DNA of 64,000 nt from contig JANJGN010000140.1 in NCBI GenBank assembly GCA_026770705.1, positions 248,001 to 312,000 on the forward strand. The letters run 5' to 3'. This document shows positions 48,235 through 61,150 of the stretch, in pieces. The notes under the pieces were generated by a model. That model made no database searches, was not told the DNA's origin, and saw only the letters and a program-made list of their open reading frames with translations. This DNA comes from Isurus oxyrinchus (lineage: Eukaryota). Within the stretch, counting starts at the first letter, position 1, and the number at the start of each line of letters is the position of its first letter. Position numbers and translations under genes: made by a program.

Positions 48235-49290
48235 CTAACACAAGTTAGTTCCTTTTGAAGTGCTCTCCCTCTCCCCGTCTCCTCCATCCTCACCTCCAAT
48301 AACAAGTGTGAGGAGCTCATGGAGCTTCTTTGTCACTAAGATTGAGACAATCCGATCAGCTGCCTTTGCTGCTTCCCTCCCTTCCACTTGCCCTCCCTGA
48401 AGTTCCCTGTTACCTGTGCCCTGAAATCTCATCTTTCTGTAGTTTCCCTCCCATCTCCCCTCATGCCCTCTCAGAGCTCATCTTATCCTTGAAACCCACC
48501 TCCTTCTCCATCGACCCTTCTCCCACTAAAGTGCTGATCACTCAACTTCCCAATGTCCACTGACTATGTCAATAGTTTTCTCTCTCAGGTACTATACCTC
48601 TCTCTTTCAGATTTCCCATCATTATACCCTTCTCAAAAAACAAATGCTTGACCCCAGTGTCTTTCCAAACTATTGCCCCATCTCCATCCTCCCTTTCCTC
48701 TCCAAAGTCCTTGTTGTCACCTCCCAAATCTGTGCCCATTTTTCCCAGAACTCCATGTTTGAATCCCTCCAATCAGGTTTCCGCCCCTGTCACAGTACTG
48801 AAACAGCTCTTATCAAAGTCACAAATGACATCCTATGTGACTGTGACAAAGATAAACTCTCCCTTCTCATCCTCGACCTGTCTGCAGCCTTTGACAATGT
48901 TGACCACATCATTCTGCACCTTCACCTCTCCCCTGTCGTCCAGCTGGATGGGTCTGCTCTATCCTGGTTCTATTCTTCTCTGTCTAATCATAGCCAGAGA
49001 CTCACTTGCAATATCTTCCCTTTCCAATCCCAGAGTTACCTCTGGTGTCCCCAAAGGATCCAGCCTTGGTCTCCACTTATTTCTCATTAACCTGCTCTAC
49101 ACAATGATAATCTGAAAACACTGTCAGTTATCCACATTTACACTGACAGCTCCCAGCTCTGCCTCACCAACACCTCTCTCGACTTCTCCACTCTTGGTAA
49201 ATTATCAGACTGTTTGTCTGATATCTGGTGGTGGATGTGCAGAAATTTCTTCAAATTAAACCTTGGGAAGACTGAAGTCATTGTCTGAAT
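48235..49290 (+). mobile_element. L2-clade LINE RT fragment
   Basis: NYCPISILPFLSKVL, FESLQSGFRPCHSTETALIKVTND, LDLSAAFDNVDH, VTSGVPKGSSLG. Confidence 0.8.
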
Positions 49291-49756
49291 GACTGGTAGA
49301 AGCAGATTCAGTAGTAACTTTCAAAAATGAATTGAGTTTCAACTTCATAAGTAAAGATTTGGAGGGCGATCGGAAAAGGGCAGGCAAGTGCAACAGATTG
49401 GTAACATTTTCAGAGACAGAACAGGCACAGTGGGCTGAATGGCCACCATCCGTGCTCTATGAGATACTATCATATGTTTATTATGAATTGTTCCATTATT
49501 ATAAATGACAGATTGTCATCAAACCACAACAGAGAAGGAGGCCATTTGGCCTATTGAATCTGTGCTGACAAATTCAGCAAGCTATCCAGTTAGTCCCACT
49601 CCCCCATTCTTTACCCCATCCCAGCATCATTTCTCCTTCAAGAATTTATCCGATTCCCTTTTGAAGGTCACTCTTGAATCTGTATCCATCCAATAGTGAA
49701 TTCCAAATTCTTACCACTTGTTACTGAAAAGATTTCCTTATGATGCTAGCATAAAA

Positions 49757-49882
49757 CTAAAATACTGCAGGTGCTGGATGTCTGAAATAAAAACAGGAAA
49801 TGCTGGAAAAACTCAGCAGGTCTGACAGCGCCTGTGGAGAGAGAAACAGAGTTAACATTTTGAGTGTGTGTATGACTCTCCT
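49757..49882. mobile_element. Penelope-like terminal fragment
   Basis: AAATGCTGGAAAAACTCAGCAGGTCTGACAGC...GAGAGAAACAGAGTTAAC motif shared with the copies at 54602 and 60296. Confidence 0.6.
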
Positions 49883-52615
49883 TCATTGCACAATACCAAA
49901 TATAGTATAGCCTGTTCCCGAGTCAGTTCCTCGACCTTCGAATCTAAAAAAAATCTTGTACACTCCAGGAATTCATCCACCACAGTAATGTTGCTAATTT
50001 GGTTTGCCCAGTCTATATGCAGCTTAAAGTCACCCCTGAATACCGTAGCACCCTTGTTACATGCATCTCTAATTTCCTGTTTAATACTGACCCCCACCTG
50101 ATCACTGCTGTTTGGAAGCCTACAGACAACACCCAATAATGTTTACTTCCCATTGTTGCTTCTTAACTCCACCCAGACTGATTCTACATCTAGATTTTCT
50201 GAGCCAATTTCCTCTCACTATCGCACCGAACTTGTCCTTAACTAACAATGCCACACCACCTCCTTTTCCATTTTTCCTGTCTGTCCTAAACATCGAGTAT
50301 GCTTGGACATTCAGTTCCCAGCCTTGGTCACCCTGCAGCCATGTCTCTGTAATCACAGTCATATTGTATCTGTTTACATCTACTTGCACTGTAAATCCAT
50401 CTACCTTATTGCGAATGTTCTGTGCTTTAGACTTTTTAACATTTTTACACATTTTTTTTGTACTGTGGCTCTATTTACCGCTAGCCCTTGTTTCCTCTGC
50501 CTTCCACTTTTGCTTTCTACTTTTCTGTCTCTCATTCTAATCTTTGTTTCCCTCTCTTGTGTCTCCCTGCTCAGTTTCCTATCCCCTGCCAGCCTAGTTT
50601 AAACCCTCTCCTACAGTACTAGCAAATATCCCAGTGAGGATATTGGTTGCAGTCCTACTGGGGTGCAACCCATTCACCTTGTACAGGTCCCACCTTCCCC
50701 AGAATCAGTCCCAATGTCTCAGCAATCTAAATCCCTCCCTCCTTCACCATCTCTCCAGCCATGAATTAATCTGGTATATCCTCCTATTCCTGATCTTTCC
50801 AGCACGCAGCACTTGGAGTAATCCTGATTCCAGGGGAATCCTGGGGGTCTTACTTTTTCACTTAATTCCCAGCTCCCTATATTCTGCTTTCAGGATCTCA
50901 TCCCTCTTTTTCCCTACATCATTGGTACCTATATGGGCAGTGACCTCTTGCTGTTCACCCATCCCTCCAGAATGTCCTGCAGCCACACAGTGACATCCTT
51001 GATGCTGGCACCAGGGAGACAACATACCATCCTGGTGTCATGTCTGTGGCCGCAGAAATGTCTATCTGTTCCCCTTATGATTGAATCCCCTGTCAATATT
51101 TCACTTGCACTCTCCCCCCCTTGTGCAGCTGAGCCACTCGTGATGCCACAGACTTTTTAAAATTCATTCATGAGATGTGGGCGTCACTGGCTGGGTCAGC
51201 ATTTATTGCCCATCCCTAATTGCCCTTGTTCAGAGGGCATTTAAGAGTCAACCACATTGCTGTGGGTCTGGAGTCACATGTAGGCCAGACCAGGTAAGGA
51301 TGACAGATTTTCCTTCCCTAAAGGGACATTAGTGAACCAAATGGGTTTTCACAACAATCGATAATGGTTTCATGGTCTTTAGACTTTTTAAATTCTAGAA
51401 TGTTTATCAAATTCAAATTCCTTGCTGGGATTCAAACCCAGGTTCCCAGAGCACTACCCTGGGTGTCTGGATTATTCGTCCAGCAACAATACCACTACGC
51501 TACTGTTTCCCCTTTGCTTTGACCCAGGGAACCCTGCACTACCTGCCTAATGCTTTTACTCTGTTTGGTAGTCACCCAATCACTTTCTGCCTGCGTACTC
51601 TTTACCTGCGGTATGACCACCTTGCTGTATGTGTTATCCACGAAGATTTCTTCTTTGCTTTTGCTCAACAGTGACTCCGACCACAGCTCCAGCTCTGAAA
51701 CGTGGACTTTGAGTAGTTGCAGCTGGAGACATTTCCTGCATACTTGGTCACCTGGAGACTTGAAGTTTCCCTGACTTCCCACATCGCACAGGAGGAGCAT
51801 TCCACTTGGCCGAGCCGTCTGCCATGACTTAACTGTATAAGCCAGTTAACTAATGGACTAGCTGCAGCTGCAAGCAGAGCCTGTATAATCTGGCTCTGGG
51901 CTAAAACTCACTTTCTCCCAACCCAAAGAGTAACTTTTAGCAACATTTGGAAGGACAAAGGCAGCAGACAGAGGGGAACACCTCCCTCCAACCCACTCAC
52001 CATCCTAACTTGGAAATATGTTGCCATTCCTTCACTGTTGCTGGATAAAAATCCTGGAATTTCTCCCCAACAGCACTGTGGGTGTACCTATGCCATGTGG
52101 ACAACAGTGGTTCAAGAAGATAGTTCACCACCACCTTGTCAAGGGCAATAAGGGATGGGCAATAAATGCTGGCCTAGCCAGCGATTCCCACATCCCATAA
52201 ATGAATAAAGATGTTAAAGAATGGTTAGACTTTAGAGAGAAATTAATCCTTAAAAGTCCCTCTCTTACCAAATGCCAATTTAAACATTCCATTGCAACCC
52301 AAAGCAACGCTCGAGTGAAGATAAAAGCATAACTATCAATGGATTCTTTTATGCTGCCTGAATCTAGCTTCTGAAAACCTGATTAAGCCAGTTAACTAAT
52401 TAACTAGCTGCAGCTGCAAGCAGAGCCTGTATAACCCCTGTTTTAAAGCTAAACTAAAACTCAACTTCTCCTAACCCAAAGAACAACATTTAGTTAGTTG
52501 CTAAATTAAAGAAAGATTATACTTTAGATAGAAATTAACCCTTAAAAGTCCCTCTCTCATCAAACTCCAGCTGAAGCACTCTGATGCACCCCAAAGCAGC
52601 CCTCCTGTGCAGACC
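49880..52615 (-). mobile_element. 5' half of a CR1 element (repeated 5' UTR, ORF1, start of ORF2) with nested SINEs
   Basis: ORF1-like CRKCLQLQLLKVHVSELEL (51495-51800); endonuclease IRNKVD/ITETWL/GGGVALLVK; duplicated UTR blocks at ~51835 and ~52385. Confidence 0.7.
51160..51511 (-). mobile_element. tRNA-headed SINE, near full length
   Basis: Minus-strand A-box/B-box-like head (GTAGCGTAGTGG...GGTTTGAATCC) and GGGCAATAAATGCTG...CCCACATC tail. Confidence 0.75.
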
Positions 52616-52759
52616 AGTGAGGGTGATAATGGAACATTTTTATATCAAAGTGTTGTGATACCTGATCACCTATTGAGTGAGTGAGCCTATAACAGTGTTA
52701 TTCAAATAATCACAGCTACTGCAGGTGATCCTCTGGCTACAATTTGATAAGAAAGGAAT

Positions 52760-53431
52760 CAGGAGCATGATGTCCCATCTTGCTGGGCACCAGTGGAGGG
52801 GCATTGGGGGAGGATGGTTTGGTTCATGGTGTCAATGTCTGCAGAGAGGCCGAGAAGAACAAGGAGGGAGAATTCGTCTTGGTGACATGGAATGTAAGTT
52901 GTGATCCTAAGAGCTCCTTCAACACTGTGACAGGGCAACAATCATATTGGGAGAATTCAAAAATGGAATTCCTGGAAAGATAGGCATGGATTTGGGAAGT
53001 GACAAGGACTTTGGATGCAAAAGGGAGGTTGGAGATGCGGTGGGAGTTTGTAAATATGTTGTGGTCAAGGATTGGTTTTATTGAAGAGGGGGTGATGATG
53101 GCAGATTTGAAGGACAGAGGAACAGGATCTGGAGAGAGAGAACCATTAACAATGTCAGTGAAAATGGGGAAGTTGGAGGATCAGCAGATTAGTGAGAATA
53201 GGGTCAATGGAGCAGGAGTTTGTTCTCATGGACAAGATGAGCTCTGAGAGGGCATGAGGAGAGATGGCAGATAAACATAAGAAATATGTGAGTTCAGGGC
53301 TAGGAGAAGGAGCAGCTTGAGAGGCAGTTGAGCCCGGTGTGTTAGTGGAAGGGAGGAAAGCAGCAGAGGCAGTTGATAGGATTGTCTTAATCATAGTTAC
53401 AAAGAAACCCTATCAGCTCCTCACACTTGTT
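52760..53431 (-). mobile_element. L2-clade LINE fragment, inverted counterpart of ~48300 onward
   Basis: Reverse complement begins AACAAGTGTGAGGAGCT, as at 48301; ISPHALSELILS motif. Confidence 0.7.
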
Positions 53432-53724
53432 TTTTTCTAATTCAATCATTGGATGTGGGCATTGCAGTCGAGGCCAGCATTTATTGCTCATCTCTAATTT
53501 CCCTTGAGAAGGAGAGGGTGAACTGCCTTTTTAAAGCAGCCCTCTGGTGTAGGTACACCCACAGTGCTGTTTGGGAGGGAGTTCCAGGATTTCAACCCAG
53601 CGACAGTGAAGGAACGGTAATATATTTCCAAGTCAGGATGGTAAGTGGCTTGGAGGGGAACTTCCAGGAGACGATGTTCCCATCTATCTGCTTGCCTTGT
53701 CCTTCTAGATGGTAACGGTCGTGG

Positions 53725-54150
53725 GTTCAGATCCCAATGTGATGTTTGGTTTCTGCTTCCTGACTGCAACTCCTTTCCTTCCAATATCCTGTGAAATTGA
53801 TATAAAAGAGAAAAAGAGAGTGAGACAGAACCCAGAAGACACAAAGGTAGGTTGTGAAATTGAGCTGAATAAATCTGGTAATTTGTGGGGCCAGCACCAG
53901 GAAAAAGTGACCATGAAAACTGCTGGATTGTCGTAAAAACCCAACTGGTTCACTAAAGTCCTTCAGGGTGGGAATCTGGTCTGGGCCTAAACAAAACTCT
54001 GGTTCTATGGGTGGAGAGAGGGTGTGTGTGAGAGAAAGAGAGGTGGGAGAGGCAGGTGGTGAAGGAGAAAAATTTTATATCTATAATTCGACGTTGACAG
54101 AATCACCCAAACCCTCAGATTCCACCACCTGGACAGACCAGGGTATGTGA
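53725..54150 (-). pseudogene. Inverted ZNF gene relic (intron, acceptor and exon start only; finger array missing)
   Basis: Reverse complement matches ~46640-47062 (MNQLGFYDNPAVFMVTFSWC versus MNQLCFYDNPAVFMVTFSWC), then abuts a SINE piece at 53432-53725. Confidence 0.7.
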
Positions 54151-54601
54151 ACACCAGCACCTCCAAGTTCCCACCCAAGTCACGCACCATCCTGACTTGT
54201 CTGACATCAAGTACGAGATGCGCAGAAATTTCCTCTGAAGCTGAACGAGATTGTTCACAACCACGGTGTCATAGATGACTCCCAGATGAGCTTCCAACCA
54301 CATATCCACATCACCACCAAGATACCTCAGTAATATGGTCTGACTCCACCTTAGTCTCAGTTTATCTCCTGCAGAAACCATTATCGATTCCTTTGTTAAT
54401 GCAAGGCTAAACTATTCTAACACACGCCCAGTCGGCCTTCAACATTCAACATTAAACCAGCCCCCTCCACCCCCGTAATCTTGAGGTCATTCAAAGCTCT
54501 GTTGCTTGTGTTTACTTGCACTACCTTGTTCACCCACTGCCACTGTGCTCGCTGACCTACAAATGCTCCCAGTTAAGAAGCACCAACTTTTAAAATTCTC
54601 A

Positions 54602-54828
54602 AACAAAAACAAAAATAGCTGGAAAAACTCAGCAGGTCTGACAGCCTCTGCGGAGAGGAATACAGTTAACGTTTTGAGTTCGTATAACTCTTCATCAGAA
54701 CAAAGGAGAAATAGAAATGAGGTGAAATATAACCTGGTTGAGGGGGGTGGGGCATGTAGAGCTGGATAGAGGGCCAGTGATAGGTGGAGGCAAAGAAGAG
54801 ATTGCCAAAGATGTCATAGACAAAAGGA
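54602..54828. mobile_element. Penelope-like terminal fragment with 11-bp TSD
   Basis: TSD TAAAATTCTCA at 54591 and 54829. Minus strand reads CTGATGA-A-GAGTT-loop-AACTC-AAAA-CGTT, a hammerhead-like motif with the GAAA mutated. Confidence 0.65.
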
Positions 54829-55339
54829 TAAAATTCTCATTCTTGTTTTCTTCCATGGTTGTGATCATTCCTATCTCCACAATCTCCACCACCAGCACAC
54901 AGTCTCCAAGATCTATGCACTCATCTAATTCCAGCCTCTTGAGAATTCCTGATTTTAATCGCCATCAGTGACTGTTTGTTCAATTGCCTAGGCCAAAAGC
55001 TCTGGAATTTCCTTCTTAAACTTCTCTGCCTCTCCACGTCATTTTCCTCCTTTAAGATATTCCTTAAAGCCTACCTCTTTGACAAAGCTTTTGGTCACCT
55101 GCCCTAATATCTCCTTATGTGGCTGTGGCAAATGTTACTTTGTAACATTTCTGTGAAATGCATTGGAATGTTTTATACTGTTTAAGGCACAATATAAATA
55201 CAAATGATTGTCACTGACTTGGACATATATCGTTGTTCTGCCTCATCAATAAGACATTGTAACTCAAAGTGTGAAGCAACTTGATGGACAATTGTTCACA
55301 TTTTGTAATTGGAAAAATTTCAATAACATTGCCCCCTAC

Positions 55340-55750
55340 AAAGATGGATGCCATGCATGAGCCCTGCTGCAAATGGCCCCCAATAAAAATGGTGGCCGTT
55401 AATCCGGGTCTGGAACTGGGAGAAAGTGGCGGCCCTGCTCTGTGCCTTTATCGAAGGCGAATCCGAGAAAGAAGCTTTCACCCATCGCCATTAATCACAC
55501 TGTGCATGCTACACTCAGCCCAGCTCTGCCCCGCGTTCACTCCGATTGGCTGGAGGACCAGCCGCCTCGACGCCCCTACAGCCCCGCCCTCTCCTTTTCT
55601 ATTGGTCCGGATCTGCCGTCAATCATGAAAATACCTGGAAAAACTCAGCAGGTATTTGTTTTTCCAGGTATTTTTATTTTTGTTTTTGTTTTGGATTTCC
55701 AGCATCCGCAGTTTTTTGCTTTTATCTGCCATCAATCAGCCGGGCATTGT
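55340..55750. promoter_or_regulatory. ZNF-type promoter paralog, possibly bidirectional, interrupted by a short insertion
   Basis: 55515-55625 is homologous to 41390-41495 (CCAAT and GC boxes). Minus-strand CCCGGATTAACGGCCACCATTTT at ~55385-55410 is homologous to 41800-41822. Insertion 55626-55723 has TSD ATCTGCC(G/A)TCAATCA. Confidence 0.55.
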
Positions 55751-55764
55751 GAGCTGTCAGCTGA

Positions 55765-58700
55765 GAAACATAGGAAATAGAAAGAGTAGGGCATGAAGCT
55801 CTTCGAGCCTGCTCCACCATTCAATATGATCATGGCTGATCCTCTATCTCAAAGCCATACCCCCGCTCTCTCCCCATGCCCCTTGAAGTCTTTAGAGCCT
55901 AGAAGTCTGTCTGTTTCCTTCTTAAATATATTCAGTGACTTTGCCACCACAGCCCCTTGTGATAGAGAATTCCACAGGTTGACCACCCTTTGAGTGAAAA
56001 AGTTTCTCCTCATCTCAATTCTAAATGGCCTACCCCGTATCCGGAGATTGTGACCCCTTGTTCCAGCCCCCGCCCCCCTCCACCAGGCAGAGGAAACGTC
56101 ATCCCTGCATCCAGTCTGTCCAGCCCTGTCAGAATTTTATATGATTCAATGAGATCCCCTCTCATTCTTCTGAACTCCAGTAAATACAGGCTTTGTTGGC
56201 CCAACCTGTCCTCATACGACAATCCTGCCCTCCCAGGAATCAGTCTGGTCAACATTTGCAGCACCCTCTCTCTGGCAAGTATATCCTTTGTTAGGTAAGG
56301 AGACAAAACTTCACACAATACTCCAGGTGTGATCTTACCAAGGCCCTGTATAGCTGCAGTAAGACATCCCTGTTCCTGTCTCAAGTCCTCTTACAATGAA
56401 GGCCAGCATACCATTTGCCTTAACAACTCGCTGCACCTGCATGCTTGCTTTCAGTGATTGGTGTACAAGGACACCAAGATCCCTTTGTACATCAACATTT
56501 CCCAATGTATCACCATTTAAATAATACTCTGCCATTCTATTTTTCCTACCAAATTGAATAACTTCACACTTATCCATGTTATACTGCATCTGCAATGTAT
56601 TTGCCCACTCAATTGACTTGTCTAAATCACCTTGAAGCCTCTTGACATCCTCCTCATCACTCATTTCCACCTAGTTTTGTGTGGTCAGCAAACTTGGAAA
56701 TATTACATTTGTTTCCCTCCTGCAAATCATTGATATATACGGTGAATAGCTGGAGCCCAATCACTGACGCCTGCGGTACCCCACTAGTCACCACCTGCTA
56801 TTCCAAAAAAGACCCATTTATTCTTACTCTCTGTTTCCTGCCGCTAACCAGTTCTCAATCCATACCAATATATTACCCCCAGTCCCATGTGCTTTAATTT
56901 TGCACACTAATCTCTTAGGTGGGACTTTAACCTTTCTGAAAATCCAAATACATCACATCCACTGGTTCTCCCTTATCTATTCTGCTAGTCATGTCCTGAA
57001 AATACTCCAGGAGGTTTGTCAAACATGATTACCCTTTCACAAATCCATGCTGACTTTGTGTAACCCTGTTGATATTTTCTAAATATCCTGTTGTCACAGC
57101 CTTTATAATAGATTCTAGCATTTTCCCTACACAGATGTTAGGCTAACCGGTCTGTAATTCCATTTCTTCCCTCCTTCCTTTTTTTAAATCATTTGCCACC
57201 TTCGAATCTGCCAGGACTATTCCAAAATCTACAGAATTTTGGAAGATGACAACCAACGCATCCACTATTTCCATGGCCACCTCCTTTAGTACCCTGGGAT
57301 ATAGATTATCAGGCCCTGGGAAATTATCAGCTTTCAGTCCCATTAATTTCTCCAGCACTGTTTTTTTTAAGTAAAACTAATTTCCTTCAATTCCTCCTTC
57401 TCATTAGACCTAGTATTTCTTGGAAGTTATCTGTGTCTTCCTCCATGAAGACAGAACTAATGTAGTTGTTTAATTGCACTGCCATTTTCTTGTTCTCTAT
57501 TATAAATTCTCCTATTTTGGACTGTAAGTGACCTACATTTGTCTTCACTAATCTTTTTCTTCTTACATGCCTGTAGAAGCTTTTACAGCCCTCGTTTATG
57601 TTCCTTGCAAGTTTACGTTTGTACTCTATTTTCCCCTCTTAATCAATCTCTTGGTCCTCCTTTGCTGAACTCCAAACTGCTCCCAATCCTCAGGCTTGCT
57701 ATTTTTTCAAGCAACTTTATATGACTCCTCTTTGGATCTAATATTACACTTCATTTGTTTTGTTAGCCATGGTTGGGCTACTTTTCCTGTTGTGTTTTTG
57801 CACCAGAAAGGAATATATAACTGTCGCAATGCGTAAATTCATTCCTTATATATTAGCCATTGCCCATGCACCGTCATGCCTTTTAATGAAATTCCCCAAT
57901 TTATCTTAGCTAACTCATGCCTTTTACCTTTGAGTTCTCTTTGTTTAGATTTGGGACCTGAGTTTCGAATTGGACTACTTTATTTTCCAATCTAAGGAAG
58001 AATTCTCTCAAGTTATGGTCACTGTTTCCTAAAGGACCCCACACCACAAGATTATTAGTTAACCCTTTCTCATTGCACAAAACCAAATCCAAGATAGCCT
58101 GTTCCCTAGTTGGTTCTTCGACATACTGGTCTAAAAAAATCTCATGCAGACTCCAAGAATTAATCCGCCACAATGTTATTGCTAATTTGGTTTGCCCAGT
58201 CTATATTAGATTAAAATCACCCATGATTATTGTAGCACCTTTGTTGTTGCATCTCTAATTTTCTTTTTAATACTGTCACCTGCCTGACCACTACTGTTTG
58301 GAGGCCAGTACACAACTCCCACTAATGTTTTCCACCCCTTGTTGCTTCTTAGCTCCACCCAAACTGATTCTACATCTAGATTTTCTCAGCCGATATCCTA
58401 TCTCACTATTGCACTGATTTCATCCTTAACTAACAATACCACTCCACTTTCTTTTCCTTTGTGCCTGCCCTTCCTAAACATTGAACACCCTTGGATATTC
58501 GGTTCCCAGCCTTTGTCACCCTGCAGCCATGCCTTTGTAATCACAATCATATCATAGCTGTTTACATCAATTTGCACTATTAATTCATCTACCTTATTGC
58601 GAATTCTCCATGCATTCAGGGACAGTGCTTTTAGACTTGTCTTTATTTGCATCTTCTTTTGTACTATTGCCCTATTTGCTGCTAGCCCTCGTTTATTCTG

Positions 58701-58790
58701 CCTTCCACTTTTGCTTTTTACTTTCCCGTCTTTCAAGTCTATCTTTGTTTCCCTCTTCTATGTTTCCCACTCAGGTTTCCATCCCCCTGG
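55765..58790 (-). mobile_element. CR1 LINE, near-complete decayed ORF2
   Basis: LSLNAWRIRNKVDEL, TREQAILDLVLCNE, PGPDNLYPRVLKE, LQGDLDK, LEFRRMRGDLIE; 3' tail near 55765. Confidence 0.9.
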
Positions 58791-59979
58791 AGTCTGTGGG
58801 CTGCGGTGCAGGTGCCAATGATTGTGATTTGGGAATCCCCTCTGGGGCTGCTTTCTTGATGAGCCAGTCTGCCTGGTTATTACCATCACCCTCTTCAGTA
58901 ACTCCTGCTGCTGACGTACCTTCACCTTACAAACAGCAATTTGTCCTGTACACTTACCAGCAACATCCCAAATCATTCAGAGTTAGTAGTGGTGACTGAG
59001 TGTTTTCCTTTCTGTTGTCGAGAAGCCATATGTTTTTTGCCAGGATGAAAGATTCTGCATGAAGGAATTACAACTAGAAGAGCTTTCAGAATAGTGGTGC
59101 TCCTCTCAGTAACGGTTTGAAGGGCTGTGATGATGCTTTCTAGGCTGAATATTGTGGTGGTTATTTAATAAGGAAATTACAGCTGTCATGAGGAATCAAA
59201 GACACAGAACAAGTCTGGGACAGACTTTGTTTATAAAACAAAGATCCATCCAGATGAACAGTGGAGTCCAACAATGATGTGGCTTTTACTGGTTAATTCT
59301 ACATGGCCTATTTCACCTGACATGTATGTAAGGTTCTTTCATACTGCAACATTCCAGCCAATTCTTAATTGTGAGGTTGCAGGATATTAATTCATCTACT
59401 CTATTACATCAGCGATACTCCCTTAATTGACCCTGTATTAAAAATGTCACTGTGGTATGTGAGGTATGTAGAATTATTGAATTAAACTCTACCAGGTAAC
59501 TTAATGCTTAATTAACCAGTGGACTCTTCGTATCTGCTTAGTACACTGGACAATCGATCTTTGCACAAGGGTGAGTATGTCTAAGAGCTGTCCAACTGGA
59601 AAATCTTCTCCATTCATCTCTTGCATTACGACAGCAGACTGACAGCAGACTGTTCTGACTTGACCAGCAGGGCTGTGAAATCAATTTTAAAATCTTGCAA
59701 AGAGTCAGCACAGGCATGATGGGCCAAATGGTTTCCATCTGTTCTGTATCATTCTATAAAGCAGTGAATATTCAGTATCTGGAGATAAATGAGAAAGGAA
59801 CCATTAAGAAAAGCTTTATAAGTTCTGTGTAGTTCCAGAGCAACGGTTTGAAACACTTTGAGAAATAGAACATAGCATGCACCCGTTCACAAGCATGTAT
59901 GTGATTTCTTAAGTTAACTACCCCAATTTTTAACAAAATTATTTTCCATTCCGTTTGGAGAATCAATGGCACTACCGTT

Positions 59980-60705
59980 ACCCAACATGCACGGCGGCTG
60001 CGAATGTGCCTTATTAACGGTACAGGAGCCCAGTGCGCAGGTGCAATGCTGGAAACCGTCTCGGGCATGCGCAGTGTCACTGATCGGAGCCCTGTGAGTG
60101 CAATGGATGTTTTTTTCTGCGGGTGAGAGCTGGTGTGAGGAACGGAGCCGGCAGTCCTGGGTGGGGTGGGTGGAGAGAGGGCAGATTTTATAAACAGCCG
60201 CTGTAGGCCACAAGCTCCGAGTTAGACCCTGCAGGTCCAGCGTTTGTACTTCCGGGACTTTTTCTCTGGAATAGGCCCAGATTAATGACCATCATGTTGA
60301 AAACAAAGAAAACTGCGGATGCTGGAAATCTAAAACAAAAACAGAATTACCTGGAAAAACTCAGTAGGTCTGGCAGCATCGGCGGAGGAGAAAAGAGTTG
60401 ACGTTTCGAGTCCTCATGACCCTTCGACAGAACTTGAAGTTCTGTCGAAGGGTCATGAGGACTCGAAACGTCAACTCTTTTCTCCTCCGCCGATGCTGCC
60501 AGACCTACTGAGTTTTTCCAGGTAATTCTGTTTTTGTTAATGACCATCATCTTTGTTCAGCGCTGAGCAGAGCGCGTGCGCGGCAATCTTGGTGACGCAA
60601 CAGGGTGTGGGCGGGGCTCCAGGTTCCCGGTGAGCAGCAGATTGACAGGTCTGGGTTAAAGGCTGCCATTTTTCCAGGAGCCAGCTTTAGGACGCATGCG
60701 TGGCC
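59980..60705 (+). promoter_or_regulatory. CpG-rich promoter/first-exon region, probably for ZNF-4
   Basis: NRF1-like GCATGCGCA and GCGCGTGCGC motifs, GGGCGGGG, candidate donors GG|GTGAG (60123, 60630), YY1-like GCCATTTT; homologous blocks to 41580-41850. Confidence 0.6.
60296..60538. mobile_element. Young Penelope-like insertion forming a perfect 205-bp palindrome
   Basis: Arms 60334-60435 and 60437-60538 are exact reverse complements around G60436; TSD TTAATGACCATCAT at 60282 and 60537. Confidence 0.85.
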
Positions 60706-60729
60706 ATTCGAAGAACGGAAGATCTCAGA

Positions 60730-61150
60730 ATTCGGACCCGGAATAGGCCATTCGGCCCATCGAGCCTGCCCCGCTGATGAAATAAACTCATGGCTGATCT
60801 GATTGTTCCTCCTGCCCCCATAATCCTTGAGTCCCTTGTAGACTGAGCCTCCATTGCGGAAGAGAATTCCACAGACGAATGACCTTCTGAGAGAAGAAAT
60901 TTCTCCTCATCTCAATGTTAAATGGGAGCCTTCTTAGTTTAAAACACTGCCCCTTAGTTCTAGATTCTCCCTATGAGGGGAAACACCTTTCAGCATCTAT
61001 CTGTCTAGAGCCCTCAGAATCTTATATGTTTCAATAAAATCCTCTCCCATTCTTATAAACTCCAATGAGTACAACCTTGCTTCAAACGACAAACTCCCTC
61101 ATCCCAAGAATCAGACTAGTGAACCTTTACTGAATTGCCTCCCGTGCAAA
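60730..61150 (-). mobile_element. CR1 LINE 3' fragment
   Basis: GGCCATTCGGCCCATCGAGCCTG tail region and decayed C-terminal coding sequence. Confidence 0.65.
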
